Origin: an uncultured Gammaproteobacteria bacterium
Lineage (GTDB): Bacteria > Pseudomonadota > Gammaproteobacteria > UBA9214
Reading direction: 5' to 3'
Assembly: GCA_942491995.1 (NCBI GenBank)
Contig: CALOCX010000017.1
Span: 67,138 to 131,137, forward strand
DNA length: 64,000 nucleotides
The notes under the pieces were generated by a model. It saw only the letters and a program-made list of their open reading frames with translations, was not told where the DNA came from and made no database searches. How positions within the stretch are numbered: position 1 is the first letter of the stretch; each line of letters opens with the position of its first letter. The translations under genes and the position numbers were made by a program. Of the stretch, positions 19,415 to 30,828 are shown in pieces.

Positions 19415-21409
19415 TTAAATATCATCACGCTGCAGTAACAGGTTTCCCAGCTGGTCGACGCGACAACTCCAGCCTGCCGGCAGCCAGGTCGTTGCCACGG
19501 TTTCCGTCACCAGTGCCGGGCCCGCGAACACCTGACCGGGGCACAGGACGCTGCGCGCCCACACAGGGACGGGCTCACCGACACCTGCCAGACTGGCCAG
19601 CGACGGTTCCTGGCTCTCCACCACACCATCAGCAAGCAGCGGCAACTGCATCTGCGGCGGACTGGCCCGCAGGCCGCAGCGCAGGTTGACCAGTTCCACG
19701 GCTGCATCAAGTCGATGACCGTAACGCCGTTCATGTGCTGCATGAAACGCGGATGACGTTGCCGTCACCCCCTGCCAGGGCAGATTCAGCATGTAGGACT
19801 GGCCCTGGTAGCGCAGATCGAGGCTGAAATCCGTTTCGATGTCGGCGACTGCAACGCCCTCGGCGATTAATTCCTGTGTGCCGCCAGCGGCCAGTATCTG
19901 TAATTTTTGTGTTAATTGATCTTCGGAAAAATCGGCCAGTATACCGGTGAGCGTTCGCGATAATTGCCGGCTGCGTGGTGCGGCCAGCATACCCAATGCC
20001 GACAGCACACCGGCATGAATCGGTACCAGCGCACGGCGCATTCCCAGTGCGTCTGCCAGCGCACAGACATGCAGGCCACCGGCGCCGCCAAACGACACCA
20101 GCATATAGGGGCGCGGATCGATTCCGCGCTGCACGGATATGACACGCAGCGCCTGTGCCATGTGTTCATTCGCGAGTGTAATGATGCCCTCTGCAGCCGC
20201 CTCGACACTGACCTGCAATTGCCCGGCAATCATCATGACTGCCCTTGTTGCGGCCTCCAGGTCCAGCGACATGGCGCCACCCAGAAACGCCTGTGGCTGC
20301 AAGCGTCCCAGCACCAGGTTGGCATCGGTCACTGTTGCCAACGTGCCGCCCTGTCCGTAACAGGCCGGCCCCGGCGTAGCGCCGGCAGACTCAGGACCGA
20401 CCTGTAGCAAACCACCACTATCGATACTGGCAATCGAGCCACCGCCCGCACCGATGGTATGCATATCCACCATCGGTACGGCCACGGGCCAGGGACCAAT
20501 ATGACCTTCCGAGGTCAGGGCAATGTCACCATCAAGCAGGGCAACGTCCGTTGAGGTGCCGCCCATGTCGAATGTCAGGCACCGCGTTTGACGCGTGTAC
20601 TGGCCGATAAATCTTGCCCCCATTAAACCGCCCGCCGGACCGGAGAGTAGCAACTGCACGGCCTTGTCGCCGGCCCTGGCTGCACTCACGGTGCCGCCTG
20701 AACTCTGCATGACAGCAACCGGCGCCGGCGCCAGTGCGGTATTCAGGCGTGCCAGGTAACCGGCAACCAACGGGCCGATCCACGCATTCAGCCAGGTAGC
20801 AATACCGCGTTCATATTCCTTGTATTCCGGTAATACCCGCGAGGAACGCGACACGAACAGCGCTTCGGGCAGCCACTGCTCGATGGCACGCTCATCACTG
20901 TCATCGATGAAGGAGAACAGCAGATTGATGGCAACGGCATCGGGTTGAAGCACCCGTATGGCCTGCAGCAGGGTCTCCCGGTCAGTGGTGGTTAGCTCGC
21001 TAATGCGCTGCCCGTCGGCCGCGATGCGCGCATTGACCTCGATGCAATGGTCGCGAGGTACCGGCGGAGGCCGGGGTTGCGGCTGCAGCTGGTAGAGTTC
21101 CCGGCGCGCCTGACGGCCAATCGTCAAGACATCACCGAGACCACGGTTAGCAACATACAGCGTGCGCACACCCTTGCGTTCCAGAACCGCATTGGTCGCC
21201 ACGGTCGACCCGTGCACCACCTGCAAACCGTCCATTGACACGCCCAGTTCCCGGATACCCTGCAGGATAGCCTGCTCCGGTGCCTGTGGTGTCGACAGCA
21301 CCTTGTGGATCCGCAGGCATTCGCCATCGTAAAACACGAAGTCGGTAAACGTACCGCCGGTGTCTATACCGAGCCACGCGCGCGATTCTGTGCGATCAGG
21401 ACTATTCAT
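19415..21409 (-). CDS. hydantoinase/oxoprolinase (HyuA) family protein
   Basis: 664 aa. Hydantoinase_A N-terminal domain LGIDTGGTFTDFV and ...FDMGGTSTD... ATPase-fold motifs. No HyuB partner in the window. Confidence 0.8.
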   Translation of the reverse strand: MNSPDRTESRAWLGIDTGGTFTDFVFYDGECLRIHKVLSTPQAPEQAILQGIRELGVSMDGLQVVHGSTVATNAVLERKGVRTLYVANRGLGDVLTIGRQARRELYQLQPQPRPPPVPRDHCIEVNARIAADGQRISELTTTDRETLLQAIRVLQPDAVAINLLFSFIDDSDERAIEQWLPEALFVSRSSRVLPEYKEYERGIATWLNAWIGPLVAGYLARLNTALAPAPVAVMQSSGGTVSAARAGDKAVQLLLSGPAGGLMGARFIGQYTRQTRCLTFDMGGTSTDVALLDGDIALTSEGHIGPWPVAVPMVDMHTIGAGGGSIASIDSGGLLQVGPESAGATPGPACYGQGGTLATVTDANLVLGRLQPQAFLGGAMSLDLEAATRAVMMIAGQLQVSVEAAAEGIITLANEHMAQALRVISVQRGIDPRPYMLVSFGGAGGLHVCALADALGMRRALVPIHAGVLSALGMLAAPRSRQLSRTLTGILADFSEDQLTQKLQILAAGGTQELIAEGVAVADIETDFSLDLRYQGQSYMLNLPWQGVTATSSAFHAAHERRYGHRLDAAVELVNLRCGLRASPPQMQLPLLADGVVESQEPSLASLAGVGEPVPVWARSVLCPGQVFAGPALVTETVATTWLPAGWSCRVDQLGNLLLQRDDI

Positions 21410-21489
21410 TGTTTAGTGCCGCCTGCTGCCGTACTATCATATCTTCCTGCCGGCTTGTAATCACGGCCACAAACGTAATAATACCCACC

Positions 21490-22437
21490 ATGTCGAATCA
21501 AGCCCTGGTTCATATCGAGCGCCTGACGCGCTATTACAGCCAGACCTGTGCGGTCAGCGATGTCAGCTTTGACCTTGCCAAGGGTGATGTACTGGGCTTC
21601 CTGGGACCCAATGGCGCAGGCAAATCCAGCACCATGCAGATGATCACCGGCAATCTTGCACCGAATGCCGGTCAGATCTGCATCGCCGGTATTGATCTGC
21701 TCGACCAGCCGAAGCGCGCCAAGCAGCAGATCGGCTACCTGCCCGAGCAACCGCCGGTATACCGTGAGCTGACGGTCGATGAATACCTATACTATTGTGC
21801 CCGGCTGAACCGCATCCCGCGCGGCAACATTGCGGCGGCGGTAACGACTGCGAAAGACCGCTGCGGCCTCGGTGACGTGGGACGGCGCCTGATCGGCAAC
21901 CTCTCCAAGGGTTATCAGCAGCGTGTCGGTATCGCACAGGCCATCATTCACAACCCTGCGGTGGTCATCCTCGATGAACCCACGGTTGGCCTCGACCCGA
22001 TCCAGATCCGCGAGATACGCGCGCTGATCTGCGAACTCGGCAAGGAGCATGGCATCATCCTGTCGACGCACATTCTGCCGGAAGTACAGGCCACCTGTAA
22101 CCGCGTGCAAATCATTCATCACGGCAAACTGGTGTTCGCGGATTCCACTGCCGGTATGGAGCAACAACTAAACACAAACTCACTGATCGCGGCGTTTTAT
22201 AACGCACCGGACATCGACAGCCTGCTGCAGGTAAGCGGCGTGGACCATGCCGAACAACTGGCTGATGGCCGGATACGCATTCACTACAGCGACATGGATC
22301 CTGCCGAGGCACTGGCCGAGCAGTCAGTCAACCAGCACTGGCGCTTGTGTGAGCTGGCACCCGAGCGGCGCACACTGGAACAGATATTCATCGAACTCAC
22401 CTGCAGTGAAACGCCCCTGCACGAGGATGCCGCCTGA
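21490..22437 (+). CDS. ABC transporter ATP-binding protein (ABC-2/GldA-like)
   Basis: Walker A GPNGAGKSS, signature LSKGYQQRV, Walker B ILDEPTVGLD. ATG at 21490; the track ORF starts 27 codons upstream. Confidence 0.85.
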   Translation: MSNQALVHIERLTRYYSQTCAVSDVSFDLAKGDVLGFLGPNGAGKSSTMQMITGNLAPNAGQICIAGIDLLDQPKRAKQQIGYLPEQPPVYRELTVDEYLYYCARLNRIPRGNIAAAVTTAKDRCGLGDVGRRLIGNLSKGYQQRVGIAQAIIHNPAVVILDEPTVGLDPIQIREIRALICELGKEHGIILSTHILPEVQATCNRVQIIHHGKLVFADSTAGMEQQLNTNSLIAAFYNAPDIDSLLQVSGVDHAEQLADGRIRIHYSDMDPAEALAEQSVNQHWRLCELAPERRTLEQIFIELTCSETPLHEDAA

Positions 22438-23189
22438 TGATCGCAACCATCGCGGCACGCGAATTACGCAGTCTGTTCCTGTCACCACTGGCGTGGAGCA
22501 TTCTGGCCGTAACCCTGTTTATCCTCGCCTACCTGTTCCTGTCACAGATCGAGGCCTACATCACGCTGCAACCGCGGCTCGCCGCACTGGACGGTGCACC
22601 GGGCGTGGCTGACATTGTTGTCGCACCGCTGTTTGCGGATGCCGCGGTGGTACTGCTGCTGATCACGCCCCTGGTGACCATGCGTGTCCTCAGTGAAGAA
22701 CGCCGTAACCGCACCCTCAGCCTGCTGTTTTCCGCACCGGTGTCAATGACGGAAATCGTAGTCGGCAAATACCTTGGCGTACTGTCGTTCTTTCTGATCC
22801 TGCTGGGACTGCTGGCACTGATGCCACTGTCGCTGCTGGCCGGCACCGAACTGGATCTCGGCAAACTGGCCGCCGGCATGCTCGGCCTTATCCTGGTAGT
22901 CGCAGCCTTCGCCGCCATCGGCGTGTACATGTCGTCACTGACCGAACAGCCTACCGTTGCGGCCGTCACCACCTTCGGCCTGCTGCTGCTGTTGTGGATT
23001 ATTGACTGGGCAGGTAATGGCCAGACTGATGGCGCTAATGCACTCGCCTACCTCTCGATGCTGCGCCACTATGAACCACTGTTAAAGGGGCTGTTTAACA
23101 GCACGGATGTCGCCTATTACCTGCTGCTTATCGTGCTCTTCATCGGCTTCAGCATCCGGCGCCTGGATGCAACCCGGCTACAACCCTGA
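22437..23189 (+). CDS. ABC-2 family transporter permease
   Basis: 250 aa, 6 hydrophobic segments. ATG overlaps the ATPase stop (TGATG). Confidence 0.75.
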   Translation: MIATIAARELRSLFLSPLAWSILAVTLFILAYLFLSQIEAYITLQPRLAALDGAPGVADIVVAPLFADAAVVLLLITPLVTMRVLSEERRNRTLSLLFSAPVSMTEIVVGKYLGVLSFFLILLGLLALMPLSLLAGTELDLGKLAAGMLGLILVVAAFAAIGVYMSSLTEQPTVAAVTTFGLLLLLWIIDWAGNGQTDGANALAYLSMLRHYEPLLKGLFNSTDVAYYLLLIVLFIGFSIRRLDATRLQP

Positions 23190-23195
23190 ATTTTT

Positions 23196-24566
23196 ATGAA
23201 AGTTACCCGTCGTTCCCGTCTGCTGCTGCGTCTGCAAAGCCTGATCTTTACAGTCCTGTTCATCGCCGTCATCGCTATGCTGGCATGGCTCAGTACGCAG
23301 TATGTCTACCAGGCAGACTGGACCAGCGGGTCACGCAACACCATATCCGATGGCAGCCGCAGGCTGCTGGACGCCATGGACCAGCCGGTCCGGATCACGG
23401 CCTTTGTGCGCGAGGATGAACTCACGCGCAGCCAGATCAAGGACCTGATTGGCACTTACCAGCGCTTCAAGGACGACATCACGCTGGAATTCATCAACCC
23501 GGACCTGGCACCGGAGCGCATCCGCGAACTCGGTATTGCCAGCGGCGGTGAGATTGTTATTCACTACCGGGATCGTCACGAAAAGATCCAGAACCTCAGC
23601 GAGCAGCACCTCACCAACGCACTGCTGCGACTCACACGACAGGATGAGCGCTGGATTGTTTTCCTCACTGGCCATGGCGAACGTCGCGCCGGGGGTGAAA
23701 CCAATCATGGCCTGGGGGAGTTCAGCAAGGAACTTGAACGCAAGGGCCTCAATATCCAGTCCATCAACCTGGTGGAAGCGGAAATCCCGTCCAATACCAA
23801 CCTGCTGGTACTGGCAAGTCCACAGACCGCCCTGCTTCCCGGAGAAATGGACAAGCTGCAATCCTATATTAACAAAGGCGGCAACCTGTTATGGCTGGCC
23901 GAGCCGGATTCACCACGCGGACTGGAAGCGCTGTCTGAACAACTCGGCATTTATTTTCTGCCCGGCACGGTGGTCGATGCCACCACCCGGATGTTCGGCA
24001 TCGAGAACCCGACATTTGTGGTTATAACCGGCTATCCACGCCATGACATCAGCCGCGAAATGACCACTGTCACGGTGTTCCCCGAGGCCGCCGCACTGGA
24101 GATCAATGACAGCGCCGCCTGGAGCGTCACGCCACTGCTCACGACGCTGGAACACTCGTGGACAGAAATCGGTGAAATCGAGGGCGACATAAGCTTTGAC
24201 AGTGACGACGACGAGCGCGCCGGGCCACTCGAGATCGGCGTCGCAATGACCCGTTCTGCTGCCAGCGACACTGACGGGGATGACGCAAGCGCCGCTGAGC
24301 AGCGTGTTGTTGTCATCGGTGACGGTGATTTTCTGTCCAACACTTACCTGGGTAATCCGGGCAACCTCGATCTGGGCTTAAACATTGTTCGCTGGCTCAG
24401 CCATGACGATGCCACCATCGAGATACGCGTCAAATCAGCACCCGATACCACCCTGGTACTGGGCAAGGTTGCCCAGGCAGTGATTGCTATCGGTTTCCTC
24501 ATTGGTATACCGCTGTTACTGCTGCTGCTTGGAATTGGCATCTGGTTACGGCGTCGGCGACGCTGA
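23196..24566 (+). CDS. GldG-like ABC-transporter auxiliary protein
   Basis: N- and C-terminal TM anchors around a large periplasmic domain. Architecture typical of the GldG family that follows ABC-2 pairs. Confidence 0.65.
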   Translation: MKVTRRSRLLLRLQSLIFTVLFIAVIAMLAWLSTQYVYQADWTSGSRNTISDGSRRLLDAMDQPVRITAFVREDELTRSQIKDLIGTYQRFKDDITLEFINPDLAPERIRELGIASGGEIVIHYRDRHEKIQNLSEQHLTNALLRLTRQDERWIVFLTGHGERRAGGETNHGLGEFSKELERKGLNIQSINLVEAEIPSNTNLLVLASPQTALLPGEMDKLQSYINKGGNLLWLAEPDSPRGLEALSEQLGIYFLPGTVVDATTRMFGIENPTFVVITGYPRHDISREMTTVTVFPEAAALEINDSAAWSVTPLLTTLEHSWTEIGEIEGDISFDSDDDERAGPLEIGVAMTRSAASDTDGDDASAAEQRVVVIGDGDFLSNTYLGNPGNLDLGLNIVRWLSHDDATIEIRVKSAPDTTLVLGKVAQAVIAIGFLIGIPLLLLLLGIGIWLRRRRR

Positions 24567-25474
24567 TGAGCAGCAGAACCCTGCTTAACCTGACGCTGGC
24601 CACTATCGCCTTGCTCCTCGGACTGGTTGTTGTCTACCAGCCTGGACTTGAAAAGAGTGCCGTTGCACCCCCCATCAGCAACCTGGAGGCGGACAGCATC
24701 AGCAACATACGGGTAACCCGGAAAGAACGCACACCACTGACCTTTACTAAAACTGCAAGCGGCTGGCAACTGCTGAAAGAGCAGGCGTTTCCAGCCAGCA
24801 CGTTTCAAATACGCGCATTGCTCGGCGTACCCGGTACCCGGCCCGAGCGCAGCTATCCGGCCAGCGCCCTGGACCCCGGTAACTCCGGCCTGGAGCCGCC
24901 ACAGGCAACACTGTTGCTGGATGACACCCTCATCACCATTGGTAACACCGAGCCACTGGAACGCAAACGTTATATCCGCCACGAAGACACCGTCTACCTG
25001 GTCACCGATATCTACCAGCACCTGATCAATGCCGACTGGACAAACTTTATCGAGCGCCGCTTGCTGCCGGAGAATGCCGCATTGAAAAGTATTGAACTGC
25101 CCGGCCTGAGCCTGACGTTGGATAACGAGCAGCAGTGGCAGGCAGCACCCGCAATGGATGCAGGCAATGCCACGGCCATTCAGGACCTTGTTGCACAGTG
25201 GCAAAACGCCAGTGCAACCTATATACGCCGTTATGACGGCACGGCAACAAGCGCAGCAATAACACTGACATTTTCTGATGGCGCGGACACCATGACCTTC
25301 TACATAAACGAGCAGCCGGCTGAACTTGTACTTGCCCGGCCCGACTGGGGGCTGCAGTACCATTTTCCCGCAAACATGAGAAAAACGCTGCTAGGCATGG
25401 CAACACCGGAAACAGCCGGCGAAACCGACACACTCCCATTACAGCTGGATAATACTGTCCCTCACGCACCCTGA
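24566..25474 (+). CDS. DUF4340-like protein, fourth gene of the ABC/GldG cluster
   Basis: N-terminal TM LLNLTLATIALLLGLVVVY. Start overlaps the GldG stop, so translationally coupled. Confidence 0.5.
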   Translation: MSSRTLLNLTLATIALLLGLVVVYQPGLEKSAVAPPISNLEADSISNIRVTRKERTPLTFTKTASGWQLLKEQAFPASTFQIRALLGVPGTRPERSYPASALDPGNSGLEPPQATLLLDDTLITIGNTEPLERKRYIRHEDTVYLVTDIYQHLINADWTNFIERRLLPENAALKSIELPGLSLTLDNEQQWQAAPAMDAGNATAIQDLVAQWQNASATYIRRYDGTATSAAITLTFSDGADTMTFYINEQPAELVLARPDWGLQYHFPANMRKTLLGMATPETAGETDTLPLQLDNTVPHAP

Positions 25475-25498
25475 AGACGAGCCCTGCGGTGCGACAGC

Positions 25499-26311
25499 AT
25501 GCCTGAACTCCCCGAAGTCGAGACCACCCGCCGCGGTATTGCCCCGCATATCAGTGGGCAGCGCGTCAGCCGCGTCATCGTGCGCAACCCGAACCTGCGC
25601 TGGCCGGTTTCCAAACGTCTGGCGACGGAGTTGAGCGGCCAGGTCATCCGCAGCGTCACGCGCCGCGCCAAATACCTGTTACTGGATACAGACGCCGGTA
25701 CCGCCATCCTGCACCTTGGCATGTCCGGCAGCCTGAAAATCATTGCGGCTGCCGAACCACCGCGCAAGCATGACCATGTCGATATCGTCTTTGGCAAGTC
25801 AGCATTGCGCCTGACCGACCCGCGGCGCTTCGGCAGCCTGCACTGGACACGCCGCCCGGCCATGCAACATCGGCTCATCAGTTCACTTGGTTGCGAACCA
25901 CTCGGCGAGGAGTTCAACGGCGATTACCTGTACCTGCGATCACGCAAACGCAAGGTTGCCGTCAAGCAGTTCATCATGAACAGCCATATCGTGGTTGGTA
26001 TCGGCAATATCTACGCCAGCGAGGCCCTGTACATGGCCGGCATTCGCCCGACCCGGGCGGCCGGCAGCATCAGCCGGAACAAGTACCGGCTGCTGGCCGA
26101 GGTCATACAGGAAGTACTCAATGACGCCATTGACCAGGGCGGTACGACACTGCGGGATTTTGTCAATGGCAACGGCAAACCGGGTTATTTCAGCCAGTAT
26201 CTGAACGTCTACGGCAAAGCTGGCGAACCCTGTATCAGCTGCCGTGTGCCCATCAGGGAGATTCGCCAGGGGCAGCGATCGAGCTTTTACTGCCCAAAGT
26301 GCCAGAAATAA
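25499..26311 (+). CDS. mutM: formamidopyrimidine-DNA glycosylase
   Basis: MPELPEVETTRRG... catalytic N-terminus. C-terminal zinc finger CISCRVPIREIRQGQRSSFYCPKCQK. Confidence 0.95.
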   Translation: MPELPEVETTRRGIAPHISGQRVSRVIVRNPNLRWPVSKRLATELSGQVIRSVTRRAKYLLLDTDAGTAILHLGMSGSLKIIAAAEPPRKHDHVDIVFGKSALRLTDPRRFGSLHWTRRPAMQHRLISSLGCEPLGEEFNGDYLYLRSRKRKVAVKQFIMNSHIVVGIGNIYASEALYMAGIRPTRAAGSISRNKYRLLAEVIQEVLNDAIDQGGTTLRDFVNGNGKPGYFSQYLNVYGKAGEPCISCRVPIREIRQGQRSSFYCPKCQK

Positions 26312-26490
26312 ATCCGCTACCGGTTTTGACACGACTCACAGGGAACGGACAGCTAACTTACTGCAATGACATCCCCTTGCGGGACGACATAACCACGGGC
26401 ACAGAGGAGAACGACCTCAAGGCATGCGCACGCGTTGTTCGTATCAAAAAACCACTGAATTTCTGCACGACCTTTAACGAAGGCTGCAGG

Positions 26491-26496
26491 TATAAT
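26491..26496 (+). promoter_or_regulatory. perfect -10 TATAAT upstream of the orphan secreted-protein gene
   Basis: TATAAT at 26491-26496, 56 nt before the ATG at 26553. AGGAGA RBS at 26540-26545. Confidence 0.3.
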
Positions 26497-26552
26497 CGTG
26501 CCACCCGCAGGCGATGCCTGCCGGGAAATCAACCCTTTTCCAGGAGATATAC

Positions 26553-27023
26553 ATGAAGTCTGTTACCCGATTATTGATGCTCGCACTGTTGCTGTTGCCG
26601 TTACACACCATGGCTACCGGGGACGATGACAGCCGTGAACTCGCACGTGAAGCAATCCACGCAAACAAGAAGCTGGTCGTTGCGGCCAACATGAACCTGA
26701 ATGCAAATGAAAAAGAGGGTTTCTGGGCGGTTTATGAAGATTACCAGAAGGAAATTGCCAAGCTTTACGAGCGCACGGCTGACCTGATCGAGGAATTTGC
26801 CATTAATTTCGAAACCCTGTCTGACAAAAAGGCATCAGAGCTCATGGACAGTTACCTGAAAATCGAGGCAGACTCCCTGAAGCTCAAGAAGAGTTACCTG
26901 GGCAAGTTCAAGAAGGTCCTGCCCGCACAGAAGGTACTTCGTTACTACCAGATTGAAAACAAGATTGAAGCCGTCATTGATTACGAACTGGTAGACAAGA
27001 TCCCGCTCGCAGTTAAAAAATGA
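26553..27023 (+). CDS. hypothetical secreted all-helical protein (156 aa)
   Basis: Signal peptide MKSVTRLLMLALLLLPLHTMA. AGGAGA RBS. Own -10 and a strong terminator. No family recognised. Confidence 0.6.
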   Translation: MKSVTRLLMLALLLLPLHTMATGDDDSRELAREAIHANKKLVVAANMNLNANEKEGFWAVYEDYQKEIAKLYERTADLIEEFAINFETLSDKKASELMDSYLKIEADSLKLKKSYLGKFKKVLPAQKVLRYYQIENKIEAVIDYELVDKIPLAVKK

Positions 27024-27039
27024 TTTTACCACTGCACCT

Positions 27040-27076
27040 GTATGGCGTTCCATCATGGAACGCCATACATTTTTTC
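27040..27076 (+). terminator. strong rho-independent terminator
   Basis: GTATGGCGTTCCAT-c-ATGGAACGCCATAC perfect 14-bp stem followed by ATTTTTTC. Confidence 0.8.
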
Positions 27077-27127
27077 AGTACATATCCTAACAACTGCTTT
27101 AATGCTTGATATTACAGGTCCCATGTC

Positions 27128-27487
27128 ATGAGTAAAAAAATCATCGCGGTTCTTGCCGCACTATCAATACTGTTAATGCCAATCCACAGCTACGCTGCCC
27201 CGGGTGGTGGCAATGGGCCAAGCGAGCAGGCCGAAAAGAATGCCAGCGACAACGCCAGCTTCAAGCGCGATCAAAAGGACAAGAAAGAGAAGAAAAAGAA
27301 CAAAGACAAGAATAAAGATAAAGAGAAGAAGGATAAGAAAAAGAAAGACAAGTCAGATAAGTCCGACAAGTCCGACAGTCCGACAAGTCCGACAAGTCCG
27401 ACAAGTCCGACAAGTCCGACAAGTCCGACAAGTCCGACAAGTCCGACAAGAGAAAGAATCAGGACAAGTAGCACGAAAGGCAAGTGA
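27128..27487 (+). CDS. secreted Lys/Asp-rich low-complexity protein built on a 9-bp tandem repeat
   Basis: Signal peptide MSKKIIAVLAALSILLMPIHSYA, then KDKKEKKKNKDKNKDKEKKDKKKKDKSDKSDKSD and SPTSPT... after an 8-bp repeat copy shifts the frame. Confidence 0.5.
   Translation: MSKKIIAVLAALSILLMPIHSYAAPGGGNGPSEQAEKNASDNASFKRDQKDKKEKKKNKDKNKDKEKKDKKKKDKSDKSDKSDSPTSPTSPTSPTSPTSPTSPTSPTRERIRTSSTKGK
27347..27450. repeat. 9-bp tandem repeat (gacaagtcc)x11 with one 8-bp copy (gacagtcc at 27374-27381)
   Basis: Direct reading: units at 27347, 27356, 27365, the 8-nt copy at 27374, then 27382 onward every 9 nt to 27444 plus a partial unit. Preceded by a ~85-nt purine-rich tract at 27262-27346. Confidence 0.9.
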
Positions 27488-27534
27488 CAGCTGGCTAACA
27501 TAACATCATCACGACAGGCTGTTATTTGTCACCT

Positions 27535-27570
27535 GCTGCCGGCCTTACCCGGCAGGGTCCGCCGTTTTTT
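27535..27570 (+). terminator. possible terminator after the KD-rich gene
   Basis: CTGCCGG-ccttac-CCGGCAG 7-bp stem, then ggtccgccg TTTTTTG. Confidence 0.35.
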
Positions 27571-27968
27571 GTTTCGCTAAACCTGAACGTGGCCCATCAT
27601 AAGGCCGGATAGCATCGGGGTAGATTGATAGCCAACAATCTGACAACAGGAATCGAGAACCAAAGCTGCAGTGTAGTTGCACAAAGCGCATAAACACTAC
27701 ACTGGTTATAAGACCAGTGAATGTTAGTATATTCTTGATTGGTTAATTTCCGCTGGTATTCCAGTGGATGTGTACTAGTATTAAAATTCATACAAGATGC
27801 TGTTAGACTACGCGCGTCAGCTTGAATGCATACTCTTTTAACCTTGGAGCAACACGAGAGCCGTCACATAGACCAAATAACAAATCCTGGATTTCTGCAC
27901 GACATGGCGGTCTGCGTATGAGCAGTAACCACACACTGAAAGCCCAAACTTTTTGTGAGAGGTAAGAT

Positions 27969-28097
27969 ATGGACTCCATACTTGGCACAACGATTCTGGC
28001 AGTTTCTCACGCACTCGGGATTGGCACGATGGAAACATCCCTGCTGCTCGGTGCTGTCGTGCTGTTCACCATTTACAAGATTATTGATATGGCATAA
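27969..28097 (+). CDS. candidate small hydrophobic peptide (42 aa)
   Basis: Hand translation: MDSILGTTILAVSHALGIGTMETSLLLGAVVLFTIYKIIDMA. GAGAGG RBS 7 nt upstream. Lies in an otherwise non-coding lower-GC stretch; not in the ORF track. Confidence 0.3.
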   Translation: MDSILGTTILAVSHALGIGTMETSLLLGAVVLFTIYKIIDMA

Positions 28098-28198
28098 ACG
28101 CCGCGGCCATGCAGCACACAGATCCGGCGCCGCCGGTCATGGTTTCTCATTCACTCCAATAGAACAACCACGCTTGTCCGGCAGAAGCACGTCGCGGC

Positions 28199-30213
<2,015 letters not shown>

Positions 30214-30218
30214 CTACA

Positions 30219-30734
<516 letters not shown>

Positions 30735-30828
30735 TCACACGCACGACAGCCACTGGCCGCAGGCTTTCCATGATCATCGAGTATCTGTCACTCGCTATCC
30801 TGGTGCTGCATGTCCTGCCTGCACAGCA

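Noticed and set aside
26299-26556. 85-aa ORF overlapping the mutM stop
   Set aside because: Spans the promoter and -10 region of the downstream secreted-protein gene and has no SD. Judged non-coding.
27204-27503. Alternate-frame ORFs across the 9-bp repeat (99 aa on +, 76 and 62 aa on -)
   Set aside because: They are frame-shifted readings of the same SSR. Only the frame with a signal peptide and RBS-like context was kept.
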